Of a stretch of DNA of 64,000 nt, positions 1 to 9,233 are shown one piece after another; positions within the stretch are counted from its first letter, which is position 1; every line of letters begins with the position of its first letter. This DNA comes from a bacterium. GTDB lineage: Bacteria > Patescibacteriota > Microgenomatia > UBA10105 > UBA927. A model generated the notes under the pieces. It was not told the origin of the DNA and made no database searches. It saw only the letters and a program-made list of their open reading frames with translations. The position numbers and the translations under genes were made by a program. The stretch covers positions 26,446 through 90,445 of the forward strand of contig JAKAFY010000001.1 of NCBI GenBank assembly GCA_021817785.1. The letters are read 5' to 3'.

Positions 1-2209
1 TGATGACGGTATGCGTGCCTTGGGGCACTGCTACTGCGCGAAAATCAAAATCAGCACGCAGAAGTGTGACGGGCTTGCCGTCTACCGTTGCATGCCAGCC
101 GGGTGCGAACACGTCCGAAAGGAACAGGAGTTTAGGAGTCGTCGCGTCCGTCCGGATCGTTACGGCATTGGGAAAATATGCGCTGATCGTCGCTTCCCCT
201 GCCCCGGCGCGAGGCTCAATATCCGGCTTCTGCTCTAATACAAGCGTCTCCCTGCGGTCGAATCCCGGGGAAAATAATGTGTTCAGTATCTGCTGATCCC
301 CCGTGACGACCCGGTAATCGGAGGCCAAAAACGCCCGCGGGAACGCAGCGGTGTTTTCAAACACTTCATACGTATTGTCTTTCCATATCGACCGGTACGA
401 GGGGAAATTCCAAAACGGGTATGCCCACGGGAACCGTCCGTCGCTTAGTTTATGGACAAGATAGCGCACCCCAAGCAGCCTGTTGATATCTTCCGCATAC
501 ACACCGTGTTTATTGAGCGTCACGACGGAGTGTTCCAAATTGCCGATCGTGCCGTTGGTCGCGGCCGAAATAAACTGACCATACCGCTTCTGGAATACGG
601 CATCGTATCCTTCCAGATTCGGTATGCCGAACGCGGATGTCACTTCATTGCCGAGATTTCCTGCTATCCGGGCATACGTAGGTTTCACCGTTGCCGTCAA
701 AAACGATAGAACCGGAGCCTCCGGATAGACGTATTCTTTGGGGTCAAACGGCATCCATTTAGCAGCATACCGGTACATGTCAAACGCTGTAACCAGTATG
801 AGGATAAACAGAAGAAACGGTCGCAGACGTTTCGGAGTAAAAAATCCGATGAGTACCACTCCTGCCGATCCCGCAACCAATACCACCGGCAGATAGGAAT
901 TCCGTACGGCCACGATAAGTTTTACGGCGGGCAACGGATGTCCGACGCGCAGCCAAGCCAACAAACCCACGCCGAACACCGCTATACATCCCGCCCAGAA
1001 AAACACCGAACGGCGGATGGGCTTTTGCCATGCTGCGCGCACTTCGTCCGTTCCTATTGCGGAAAGCACCGCCAGACAGAAGCTTACCAGTATGATGATC
1101 CGGGAAGCGGAACTCGTGGAAAGCACCGGAATACGGAGCGCGTACATAAGGTCGTTTAAAGGGGTGGGTACCGCCAGCATAAGAAACAGCAGTGCGGCTC
1201 CCGCAAAAAACAGGACGTGCCGGCTCCGGCGTTTGTATACGATGGCAAAAAAGGCAAGGAGCAACGGGGCGACCCCGATAAAACTCGCCCATTCTGCATA
1301 GTGGCCGAACCAATCATTCCGGGTTACCGGATTGCCGAAAAAATCAGGAGCGAACAGCGTGACAAGATACGACCAAGGGATGATCTCCCCTTTCCCGAAC
1401 GAACTGCTCCTTCCGGACGCTTCGTAGGAAGATAACGCCGGAAATATCTGTGGTGCCGCAATACTTACCCCGGCAAAAATGAACACAAAAAGCAAACCGG
1501 CGGATGTGTTCCGGGGCGATATCCGCCAGAGATAGGTCACATAGAAAAGCGCACACAGCAACACATACACGCTTATCTGAAAATGACCGGACAAGAGAGA
1601 AAGGGCAACGCCCAGAGACACAAGCGGTCCCGCCCACCGTTTCCCCTCCGTGTATCGGTTTGCCGCATAGAGGATAAGCGGCAGATACAGCGCCGCATAC
1701 CCCAGTGTGCCGTATGCCATCCATACCGTCATGAAGCCGCAAAACATAAACGAGACGCTGCCGATTACGCTAGCGGCCCGGGAACGCGCGAGACTGCGCA
1801 AAAACAGATACATAAAAAGTCCTGCGAGTAACGGCTGAAGCAAAATCATCAGGCTCCAGGCATGAATTTCCGGAAGGATGAAAAACAACAGATTCACCGG
1901 AGAGAATACGGCACTCTGGTAATTGCCGGCGTGCGCGGTTCCGGAAAAACTGTACGGATTCCAAAGCGGCACCTCTCCCTGCCGCCACGAGCTGATCGTG
2001 ACCCGTTTCCACGGGTATATTTGCGTAATCACGTCCGGCATGGCATTGTTTTTTACCGGCATGCCATGCGTCGTGCTCCATGGCGCAAAAAACGTCACCA
2101 GGTACGTCGAGGGAAATGGCACACGGTGCTTCACGATATACGGTGAAGCAAAGAGGAGCCAGACGCCGATAATACATCCTACTGCCCAACTGGAACGTAT
2201 ATATTTCAT
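1..2209 (-). CDS. YfhO-like polytopic membrane protein (GT-C-like glycosyltransferase), C-terminally truncated at window edge
   Basis: ATG at 2209 forms an ATGA overlap with the TGA of the upstream GT2 gene. Hand translation of the minus strand gives MKYIRSSWAVGCIIGVWLLFASPYIVKHRVPFPSTYLVTFFAPWSTTHGMPVKNNAMPDVITQIYPWKRVTISSWRQGEVPLWNPYSFSGTAHAGNYQSAVFSPVNLLFF... with no stop down to position 1. The WNPYxFSG/NYQSAVF motif is typical of the YfhO family. The ORF is absent from the supplied track because it has no in-window stop. The three listed minus ORFs 780..1313, 1344..1742 and 1770..2189 are a different, stop-interrupted frame. Confidence 0.7.
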   Translation of the reverse strand, partial: MKYIRSSWAVGCIIGVWLLFASPYIVKHRVPFPSTYLVTFFAPWSTTHGMPVKNNAMPDVITQIYPWKRVTISSWRQGEVPLWNPYSFSGTAHAGNYQSAVFSPVNLLFFILPEIHAWSLMILLQPLLAGLFMYLFLRSLARSRAASVIGSVSFMFCGFMTVWMAYGTLGYAALYLPLILYAANRYTEGKRWAGPLVSLGVALSLLSGHFQISVYVLLCALFYVTYLWRISPRNTSAGLLFVFIFAGVSIAAPQIFPALSSYEASGRSSSFGKGEIIPWSYLVTLFAPDFFGNPVTRNDWFGHYAEWASFIGVAPLLLAFFAIVYKRRSRHVLFFAGAALLFLMLAVPTPLNDLMYALRIPVLSTSSASRIIILVSFCLAVLSAIGTDEVRAAWQKPIRRSVFFWAGCIAVFGVGLLAWLRVGHPLPAVKLIVAVRNSYLPVVLVAGSAGVVLIGFFTPKRLRPFLLFILILVTAFDMYRYAAKWMPFDPKEYVYPEAPVLSFLTATVKPTYARIAGNLGNEVTSAFGIPNLEGYDAVFQKRYGQFISAATNGTIGNLEHSVVTLNKHGVYAEDINRLLGVRYLVHKLSDGRFPWAYPFWNFPSYRSIWKDNTYEVFENTAAFPRAFLASDYRVVTGDQQILNTLFSPGFDRRETLVLEQKPDIEPRAGAGEATISAYFPNAVTIRTDATTPKLLFLSDVFAPGWHATVDGKPVTLLRADFDFRAVAVPQGTHTVI

Positions 2210-3000
2210 ATCAGGGTTTTTTCGTGTTCGTGTGTATCCTCTACTGATTTCCGGTTTTGCAATTCCCAAAGTTTGGCATACGTGATAAACAGACTGAATG
2301 CCTGGTATATGCTCTCCACCCAACCCACCGTACCGGCTCTCCATCCCCCCTGACGGAAATAGGAATTTCCGAAACCGGTTATTGCCACCCGCAAAAGGCG
2401 CCACCAGGATATACTCGGGTGCCCGGCGTGCAACCTGAGAAGCGCTTCGGTTTCCGACCAGTCATTCGTCTTTCTGACCATTTCCTCCAGGCTCCGGTGG
2501 GTATCATGGATCAGTTCCCCGGGCAAATCCCCGATCGCGCCGTCCGTTACCGCAGTTTCATGCAGTTCTCCCTTCCATCCCTTGAGTGCGGTACGCCGGA
2601 ATAGCCGGAGCATCCGTTCGTTTCCCGGCCACCGCTGGCCCAGATAATAATTGGTACGGCACAAACGGTAGCTTGTCGGCTTTTGCTGCGACCATGTGTC
2701 TATGGCCCGGCGTATTTCCCGCGCCAGAGGGGCGCTTACCACCTCATCGGCATCGACATAGAGAAGCCACTCGCCTGTTGCCCGTTTGGCGGCAGCATTC
2801 CGAAGCTCTGCAAAATCCCCCATCGAAAATATGGCGATATGTGCCCCGTGCGCACGGGATACCGCCACGGTTTCATCCGTTGAGCCGTTATCGGCTACCA
2901 GCACCTCATCGCAGAATGCGAGCGCATCGATGCAGGTAGCGATACGCATCGCTTCATTTTTGGCAATGATGATAGCACTAAGCGAATTTTTTCGGTTCAT
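2206..3000 (-). CDS. glycosyltransferase family 2
   Basis: ORF 2206..3033. The likely start is MNRKNSLSAIIIAKNEAMRIATCIDALAFCDEVLVADNGSTDETV (ATG at 3000). GT2 DxD/NGSTD-type N-terminus. Confidence 0.8.
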   Translation of the reverse strand: MNRKNSLSAIIIAKNEAMRIATCIDALAFCDEVLVADNGSTDETVAVSRAHGAHIAIFSMGDFAELRNAAAKRATGEWLLYVDADEVVSAPLAREIRRAIDTWSQQKPTSYRLCRTNYYLGQRWPGNERMLRLFRRTALKGWKGELHETAVTDGAIGDLPGELIHDTHRSLEEMVRKTNDWSETEALLRLHAGHPSISWWRLLRVAITGFGNSYFRQGGWRAGTVGWVESIYQAFSLFITYAKLWELQNRKSVEDTHEHEKTLI

Positions 3001-3898
3001 ATTGTTTTCCCCATTTCCCGAGCATCGCATCACGGATCGCCTGTTTTTTTACCGCGCTCCCGAACCATAAAAACCGCATGCTTTCCCGTATGAGCGCAAT
3101 TTTCGTACGCATCGGCGCGTACCGCATGCCGACCAACAGTCTGTTCCGGGTTATATAGTATTCATGCAGCATATTGCCTGCCCCGCCGGTAGAGCCGGCA
3201 TTGACATGCCAGACAACGGATCGCGGGTAATACACGAGCGTATACCCCCGGGCTTTTGCCCGCAGGCAATAATCCAGATCTTCAAGATAGAGATAAAAAT
3301 GTTCATCCAGAAACCCCACGGATTCCGCAACTGACCGGCGGATCATCATGGAACACCCGGTGATAAACGGTGTTTGTTCCACGGTGTCATACTGTCCGTG
3401 ATCCACTTCATCCACTCCCTTATGACTGGCATACATATTGTCCCAATCCACCAGCCCTCCGGCATACCAGAACACGTTTCCTCGTTCTGACGCACTATAC
3501 CGGTCGTGATGGTACTCGTGACCAGGGGCAAAATATATTTTCGATCCGGCAACTCCCACCGCTTTGTCATCAAATGCGGCCACCAACGACAGCGCATCAG
3601 GGTGTACCAGGGTATCGTTATTCAGTAGCCAAATAAAATCCGCCCCATGCTCCAGTGCATAGTTCATGCCGGCGTTATTGCCTCCCGTAAACCCCAGGTT
3701 GTGTTTCAACGCGATGCAATGGACCCACGGATAGTGGTTTCGTAACACGGAAACCGAGTCGTTGGTGGAACCGTTATCGACAACCACCGTCGTAAGCGTC
3801 ACCCCGCGCTTTTTCAGTTTCATGACGGAATCCAGACATCGGGCGGTGTCCGCTATTCCGTTCCAGTTCACGATGACGATCGCGACATGTTTTGGCAT
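2978..3898 (-). CDS. glycosyltransferase family 2 (rhamnosyl/galactosyl-transferase-like)
   Basis: MPKHVAIVIVNWNGIADTARCLDSVMKLK...VVVDNGSTNDSV, 306 aa. Typical GT2 A-type fold motifs. Confidence 0.8.
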   Translation of the reverse strand: MPKHVAIVIVNWNGIADTARCLDSVMKLKKRGVTLTTVVVDNGSTNDSVSVLRNHYPWVHCIALKHNLGFTGGNNAGMNYALEHGADFIWLLNNDTLVHPDALSLVAAFDDKAVGVAGSKIYFAPGHEYHHDRYSASERGNVFWYAGGLVDWDNMYASHKGVDEVDHGQYDTVEQTPFITGCSMMIRRSVAESVGFLDEHFYLYLEDLDYCLRAKARGYTLVYYPRSVVWHVNAGSTGGAGNMLHEYYITRNRLLVGMRYAPMRTKIALIRESMRFLWFGSAVKKQAIRDAMLGKWGKQYEPKKFA

Positions 3899-3899
3899 A

Positions 3900-4514
3900 T
3901 TAATAGGTAATAATTTTTATCCGTGCGTTGTCTATGTACGCCTCTGCCCGTATGGTGGACTGCGCCATCACGATATACCGCTTATTACCGGGATCCAATG
4001 TTATCACGGCGCTCTGATGGCTGGAGGTATTGGATTCTGTTTGCAGCTGGCTCCCCCATACGTCATGTCCGTCGGTTGCATTAAATAACTTTACGTGCAT
4101 CCACCCAATACCCACAGGAATCCTAAGATAGGATTCAAACGTTACCTGTTTGATTTTGGGATACAGCGACGTATCGATCGTCGCTTCCGCTCCGGGTATT
4201 GCTTCCCATTGGTCATTTTTGGTGGTACCGCTCCCCAACGGGACATAATATTCCTTCGGCGACGTATCGGCCTGCACCGGTGCGACGGACGGCGTCACGG
4301 CAGCAGCCGGATGATCCGTGAGTTTTGCGGTGATCAGACCGGCCATAACCGGCGTGCATGCCGCGGGGCATGCCGAGGGTGCCTCCACCGATATCGGAAC
4401 TGCCGGAGCAGTGTCGGACGCTTTCCCAAAAACGACGATATCGAGAAATACCGTGTTCGTCACGACAAACAACAGCGCTGTCGCTATAAGCAATGTGTTA
4501 AATCGACCGTCCAT
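3900..4514 (-). CDS. hypothetical membrane-anchored/secreted protein
   Basis: 204 aa with an N-terminal hydrophobic helix (LLIATALLFVVTNTVFL), then Ala/Pro/Thr-rich linker and a beta-rich C-terminal domain. No recognizable family. Embedded in the glycosylation operon. Confidence 0.5.
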   Translation of the reverse strand: MDGRFNTLLIATALLFVVTNTVFLDIVVFGKASDTAPAVPISVEAPSACPAACTPVMAGLITAKLTDHPAAAVTPSVAPVQADTSPKEYYVPLGSGTTKNDQWEAIPGAEATIDTSLYPKIKQVTFESYLRIPVGIGWMHVKLFNATDGHDVWGSQLQTESNTSSHQSAVITLDPGNKRYIVMAQSTIRAEAYIDNARIKIITY

Positions 4515-5409
4515 ATCGTCGGAGCAATTTGTACCAGACCTTCAGAACCGGATTTGTCGTATTGGTCATTTTTGACGTTATTTTCCAGTAGGCAACTTCT
4601 CCTCCGGACCGGTCAAACTCTTTCAACACGGAGGACAGCGGCATGTTCTGTTCGGGAAACCGTTCCCGCTCCCAAAGCTTGGCAAATATGATAAACGAAT
4701 AAAACGACTGCAGTATCGAAAGCACCAGACCGTGCAGTCCGTCTTTATACCCGGATTGCGCGAAGTATATTTTCAGAAAATCGGACACGGGAAAACGGAT
4801 TGCGTCCGGCCAGGTTACCCGGTATTTTGCATTGACATACTTTTGCACTTCGTTTTCTATATAGATCACCTGCATTTTTTCCAGATACTGCGCTATGGAA
4901 TCATAATTGTGATGGATATAGGGCGATAGCAGCGTCGCCGTGGGACCGGTGACCGCGATATATTCATGAACGTGTTTTTGCGGGAACGACCCTTTCCCTC
5001 TGCGGAACAGTCGCAATTGCCGATCCGGCCACCACAAACCGTGCTGGATCCAACGCCCGAAAATTATGTTTTTCCGGGGAATCCAAAATCCTGAAATATC
5101 CGAGGATACCGACCGTAACCTGGTGCGAATCTCTTTGGCCAGTTCGTCCGTGACTTCTTCATCGTCATCCAGGTTCAGGATCCATTCCGACGTGGCCTTT
5201 GTGAATCCGAAATTTTTATTGACGTTGAGCATCAGATTATTCGGCTTACTATAGACATGGGGAGTATATTTCTGGGCCACCGTCACCGTATCATCGGTGG
5301 AACCGGAATCCACGACGATAAGCTCATCGGCGAGCGACCGGACCGAAGCCAACGTACGTGCCAGGCTTTTTGACCTGTTATGAGTAGATATGACAACGCT
5401 TAGGCTCAT
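4498..5409 (-). CDS. glycosyltransferase family 2
   Basis: MSLSVVISTHNRSKSLARTLASVRSLADELIVVDSGSTDDT. ATGA overlap with upstream wzx stop. Confidence 0.8.
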   Translation of the reverse strand: MSLSVVISTHNRSKSLARTLASVRSLADELIVVDSGSTDDTVTVAQKYTPHVYSKPNNLMLNVNKNFGFTKATSEWILNLDDDEEVTDELAKEIRTRLRSVSSDISGFWIPRKNIIFGRWIQHGLWWPDRQLRLFRRGKGSFPQKHVHEYIAVTGPTATLLSPYIHHNYDSIAQYLEKMQVIYIENEVQKYVNAKYRVTWPDAIRFPVSDFLKIYFAQSGYKDGLHGLVLSILQSFYSFIIFAKLWERERFPEQNMPLSSVLKEFDRSGGEVAYWKITSKMTNTTNPVLKVWYKLLRRYGRSI

Positions 5410-6854
5410 GGTAATTTACGCAGTGACCGGATAAATCCCTGTATCCGCGCACGGTCAAGCACATATACCGTCACTGCATAAAGTATAACACCCGACGCCC
5501 CCGTAACACCCAACAACGGGATTGTCCGCGGCGTATGGGGAAGAACCAGCAGGTACCACAGGCCCTGTACGACGATCCCTGCTACTGCACTCCATATCTG
5601 TTCCCAAAACGAAAACGGGACGATCTTTTTTACCTCGACCAGCACCCAGATGATCGTCAGCGATATGACGCAGAGGGCTATGGCTACTCCGTTATATCCG
5701 AACAATTTTAGTCCGATCAGGGAAAATACCCAGGTAAGGAGCGTCCACAACACCATAAAAAACAACGTCGTCTTTATCTTCCCTACCGCATTTAATGCGT
5801 TGGTAAGCGGCGTCGTCAGTCCGGCCACTGCCGCCGTGACGACAAAAAAGTAAAACGAGGTCAGCGCCGGATTCCATTTTGCGTATTTGGGGATGATGTC
5901 CACCATCGGATGTACAAAAAACAGCAATCCCATGGAAATTGGGAGCATCGTAAGCGCCAGGCCGTAAATCGTTTTTTCTATCGCTTTGCGCAGGAGATTG
6001 ACGTCATGCTGCAGGCGGGCAAACGCCGGGAATGTCACCCGGATGATGCTGTCCATGATAAGCCGCAGCGGCACCTCTGCCCATTTTTTGGCCCATCCGA
6101 TGTATCCTACCTGGGCAAAAGGCAGGGCTTTCCCCAAAAATATGGTAAATAAGTCATCTTTGAGGAGAGCCAGAAAGGAATTCATCTGGAACGGCACGCC
6201 GAACCGCAACAGGCGGTGCAGCACGTCTTTTGAAAATCCGATGGATATCTTCCACGGACGGATCATATAAATAGTCGTAAGTCCTATGATCCCGCGCGCC
6301 AGCACGCCCCAGGTAAAGCTGGTAATCCCGAATCCCCGCCATGCCAGATAGACCGTTACCACATAGAACCCGAGCGTTTCCGCGATCGTCGGGATCACTA
6401 ATTTATCAAACTGCAATTCCCGCTCCAGAAGGATGGACGGAATAGTTTTCAGCGAGGAAAGGAAAAACGATACGATGAGTGCGCGAAACAGCCAGGTTCC
6501 GGCATCGTTGAGATGGTAGAAATGAGACACAAAACTGGAGCCGATGAACGAAATGATGACCAGGATAACGACCAGAATCTGCTGGATGGTAAATGTCGTC
6601 GTGACTTCGGCATCCGTCAGCGGTTCTTTCTTTTGGACCAACGCCGCTGCCAACCCGATATCAGAAAAATATCCCAAAAACGAAATGACGGCGGACACGA
6701 CATAATACACGCCGAAAATAGACGGAGTTAAAAGAAGCGTCAGCAAAAACGTCGCGGTAAAAGCGATAATCTGCAAAAGAAATGTCCGCGTCGTCAAGGC
6801 GACGATGCCCCGGATCGACCGTTTTTTCAGTGTCGCTATATCAATGTCTTGCAT
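5406..6854 (-). CDS. wzx: Wzx-type oligosaccharide flippase (MOP superfamily polysaccharide biosynthesis protein)
   Basis: 482 aa with about 12-14 predicted TM helices. N-terminus KRSIRGIVALTTRTFLLQIIAFTATFLLTLLLTPSIFGVYYVVSAVISF is typical of the Polysacc_synt/Wzx family. Confidence 0.75.
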   Translation of the reverse strand: MQDIDIATLKKRSIRGIVALTTRTFLLQIIAFTATFLLTLLLTPSIFGVYYVVSAVISFLGYFSDIGLAAALVQKKEPLTDAEVTTTFTIQQILVVILVIISFIGSSFVSHFYHLNDAGTWLFRALIVSFFLSSLKTIPSILLERELQFDKLVIPTIAETLGFYVVTVYLAWRGFGITSFTWGVLARGIIGLTTIYMIRPWKISIGFSKDVLHRLLRFGVPFQMNSFLALLKDDLFTIFLGKALPFAQVGYIGWAKKWAEVPLRLIMDSIIRVTFPAFARLQHDVNLLRKAIEKTIYGLALTMLPISMGLLFFVHPMVDIIPKYAKWNPALTSFYFFVVTAAVAGLTTPLTNALNAVGKIKTTLFFMVLWTLLTWVFSLIGLKLFGYNGVAIALCVISLTIIWVLVEVKKIVPFSFWEQIWSAVAGIVVQGLWYLLVLPHTPRTIPLLGVTGASGVILYAVTVYVLDRARIQGFIRSLRKLP

Positions 6855-7590
6855 AGGATTTATTTCTCCATGGCCGCGTTACAAAAAGCCGCCACAGTCC
6901 TTTGAGATCGCCAATCGCCGTCCGCATGACCCGGACCGTCGATCCGGGATTGTCGATCCATGTCACCGGTTCTTCATAGATCCTCAGTCCCTGCTTTTCC
7001 CCGACGAGCAGCAGTTCGGAATCAAAAAACCATTCGTTATCCACTATATCAGGAATAAGTTCATTCACCACACGCCGGGTTACCGCCTTAAACCCGCACT
7101 GCGCGTCGGTAAAATGGACAAAAAAGAACAGTTTGATAAGCATGATGTATCCTTTTGACGTGATGTTGCGCATCAGCCCCCTGCCGTAGACACGTGAGCC
7201 TTTTGTGTTGCGGCTGCCGATCGCTATATCGAATCCGCGTTCCAGTGCATGGAGAAGCGGCGGAAAATGCTGTAAATCCGTAGAAAGGTCTATGTCCATA
7301 TAGGCGACATACTCATCCCGGCATCTGCTCCATACGTACTTTACCGCCCGACCCCGCCCTTTTTCCGAAAGATGTACGAACGAAACGCCGGTGTGTGCGG
7401 CGGCAATTTTTTTGGCGATGGCGAGTGTGCCATCCGTTGATGCGTTGTCAGCGATCGTCACGTGCCACGAAAAGTCCGTAAGGTGCTTGGACAAAAATCC
7501 CACGAGGGTCGCAACGCTTTGCATAAGTTCGCGTTCTTCGTTATACACCGGCAAAACGATATTAACCCTTGGTTTTTCTTTGTTTGACAT
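6841..7590 (-). CDS. polyprenol-phosphate sugar synthase (DPM1/GtrB-like GT2)
   Basis: Likely start MSNKEKPRVNIVLPVYNEERELMQSV...TIADNASTDGT...DIDLSTD...QCGFKA. This matches the dolichol-phosphate mannosyltransferase-like motif set. Confidence 0.8.
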   Translation of the reverse strand: MSNKEKPRVNIVLPVYNEERELMQSVATLVGFLSKHLTDFSWHVTIADNASTDGTLAIAKKIAAAHTGVSFVHLSEKGRGRAVKYVWSRCRDEYVAYMDIDLSTDLQHFPPLLHALERGFDIAIGSRNTKGSRVYGRGLMRNITSKGYIMLIKLFFFVHFTDAQCGFKAVTRRVVNELIPDIVDNEWFFDSELLLVGEKQGLRIYEEPVTWIDNPGSTVRVMRTAIGDLKGLWRLFVTRPWRNKSYARH

Positions 7591-9229
7591 AGATATACAA
7601 CAGCAATACAAACGAAACTCCAGATATAATATTCCCGAGTATCCGTACGGGAGTATCGGTGAATTTCGCCGTGATCACCGACTGCCCCGGTCCAATTTCG
7701 AGCGTCGGCAAACCGGCGGTAATACCAGGGCGCACTTCCGTGCCGTTTATGTAATATTTCCACCCCGGAAAATACGCGATGTTTATCCGTACAAGCGCCG
7801 ACGACGTAGATTCGACAACAGACTGGTTTTCAACGGCAGTCGCGCTGATCGGCGTTACGGAAATCGGCTGACGTGACTCTATTGTATCAGATACCACGTG
7901 GGACTCGGTTACGGGGCGCACTATGGCTTTCGGCAGGTATTCATCGGATATCTTTGACGCGCGCCAGCGGATGTCCCGGGACGACTCAAACGACCCTGAC
8001 GCCGGCGTATACAGATATTGCGGAACAAACCATTTTGTATTCATGCCGATCACTGCGGCGATGGCGCCAATGGTCACTACGGTCCGCCACAAAGGATGCC
8101 GGATAAGCGTTACGACAACGCCGGAAAGGGCCGCAAGTCCGAACAGGGCAAGCGCCAAAAACCGCCACGGGTACTGCAGATATGCAAACATCGGCAGTAT
8201 CCGCCACACCTCCAGGGAGAATTGGAGCGTGAGAAATATACCGATCACCGTGCTGAGGAACGCGACAAAAAGAAACCTCCGGTTTATTTTCTTTAGCGCA
8301 CCGGTCATCCACGCCAGTATGGCCACGAGCGCGAGTATGATGTGTATCTTTCCTATCATAAATGACAGACCGTCATTCAAACATCCGGGCGCGGATCCGC
8401 CGAATCCCCAGGCAGAACTCCAAAGCTGCACCATGCAGACGAAATGATCCGCATAATTAGCGGTGGCACTGACCTGGGCCGCCACATCGGTAAAACGCAT
8501 TTCCGAAAGTGCGGGCAACCAGAAAAACGAAGCCATGCCCAAACCGAGCAGGATCCACCGGAGATGCGCTGTATATTCTTTCTTGGCCGCATCGCGGCGG
8601 AATACTCGGACCAACCAGTATATGGCAAGTCCTATTCCCAAAAATACCGTCGTGGCATACCCCAAAAGGGTATGGGAAAGGATACTCCCGAAAAGGCCTA
8701 CGGCACCGGCGACCATAGCCCGGCGCTCACGCCCGCGGACGCCGTTCCATACGAGTGCGTACAGAATAAGCGGCCAAAACAGCAACTCCCAGTACTCGCC
8801 GACCGCACCGCGGACATATATCTGTACCGCATGATACGGCGCAAAAAGATACAATACTGCGGAAAGCGCTGCTGCCTGCCAACCGACCAGGGAAAACAAA
8901 ACGGCATATACTGCCGCGGCCGGAAGCACCATGCCGAGTCCGAACATTATTTTGGTCGATGTAAGGGCCGGAACCCCCAGTGCGTAAAAAAGCCCTCCGA
9001 CATAGTACGGCAACGGGCCGTAGAAATTGTAGATGGGGTACCCGTATCCGTATCCCAAATCCGCTACCCACCGCACGGGGAACTGACCTTCCTTGAGCAC
9101 CCTGCCCATCTCCACCACGCGCTCGACCTGCGTATTATCATGCATCGGGAAATATCCCCGGGATACCAGCGGCCGCCAGGCAACATAAGACAAAAGCAGT
9201 ATGCAGACCAATGGCAACAGGCGTTTCAT
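7562..9229 (-). CDS. polytopic membrane protein, YfhO/GT-C-like putative glycosyltransferase (paralog B)
   Basis: 555 aa with many TM helices. N-terminal MHDNTQVERVVEMGRVLKEGQFPVRWVADLGYGYGYPIYNFYGPLPYY loop motif is shared with the adjacent paralog. C-terminal ~130 aa is soluble and beta-rich. Confidence 0.75.
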   Translation of the reverse strand: MKRLLPLVCILLLSYVAWRPLVSRGYFPMHDNTQVERVVEMGRVLKEGQFPVRWVADLGYGYGYPIYNFYGPLPYYVGGLFYALGVPALTSTKIMFGLGMVLPAAAVYAVLFSLVGWQAAALSAVLYLFAPYHAVQIYVRGAVGEYWELLFWPLILYALVWNGVRGRERRAMVAGAVGLFGSILSHTLLGYATTVFLGIGLAIYWLVRVFRRDAAKKEYTAHLRWILLGLGMASFFWLPALSEMRFTDVAAQVSATANYADHFVCMVQLWSSAWGFGGSAPGCLNDGLSFMIGKIHIILALVAILAWMTGALKKINRRFLFVAFLSTVIGIFLTLQFSLEVWRILPMFAYLQYPWRFLALALFGLAALSGVVVTLIRHPLWRTVVTIGAIAAVIGMNTKWFVPQYLYTPASGSFESSRDIRWRASKISDEYLPKAIVRPVTESHVVSDTIESRQPISVTPISATAVENQSVVESTSSALVRINIAYFPGWKYYINGTEVRPGITAGLPTLEIGPGQSVITAKFTDTPVRILGNIISGVSFVLLLYIYVKQRKTKG

Positions 9230-9233
9230 ATCG

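Noticed and set aside
780-2189. Three minus-strand ORFs (780..1313, 1344..1742, 1770..2189) from the track
   Set aside because: They share one frame interrupted by stops and translate to Arg/Cys/His-rich non-protein-like sequence. The real gene is in a different minus frame (the edge-truncated YfhO-like ORF).
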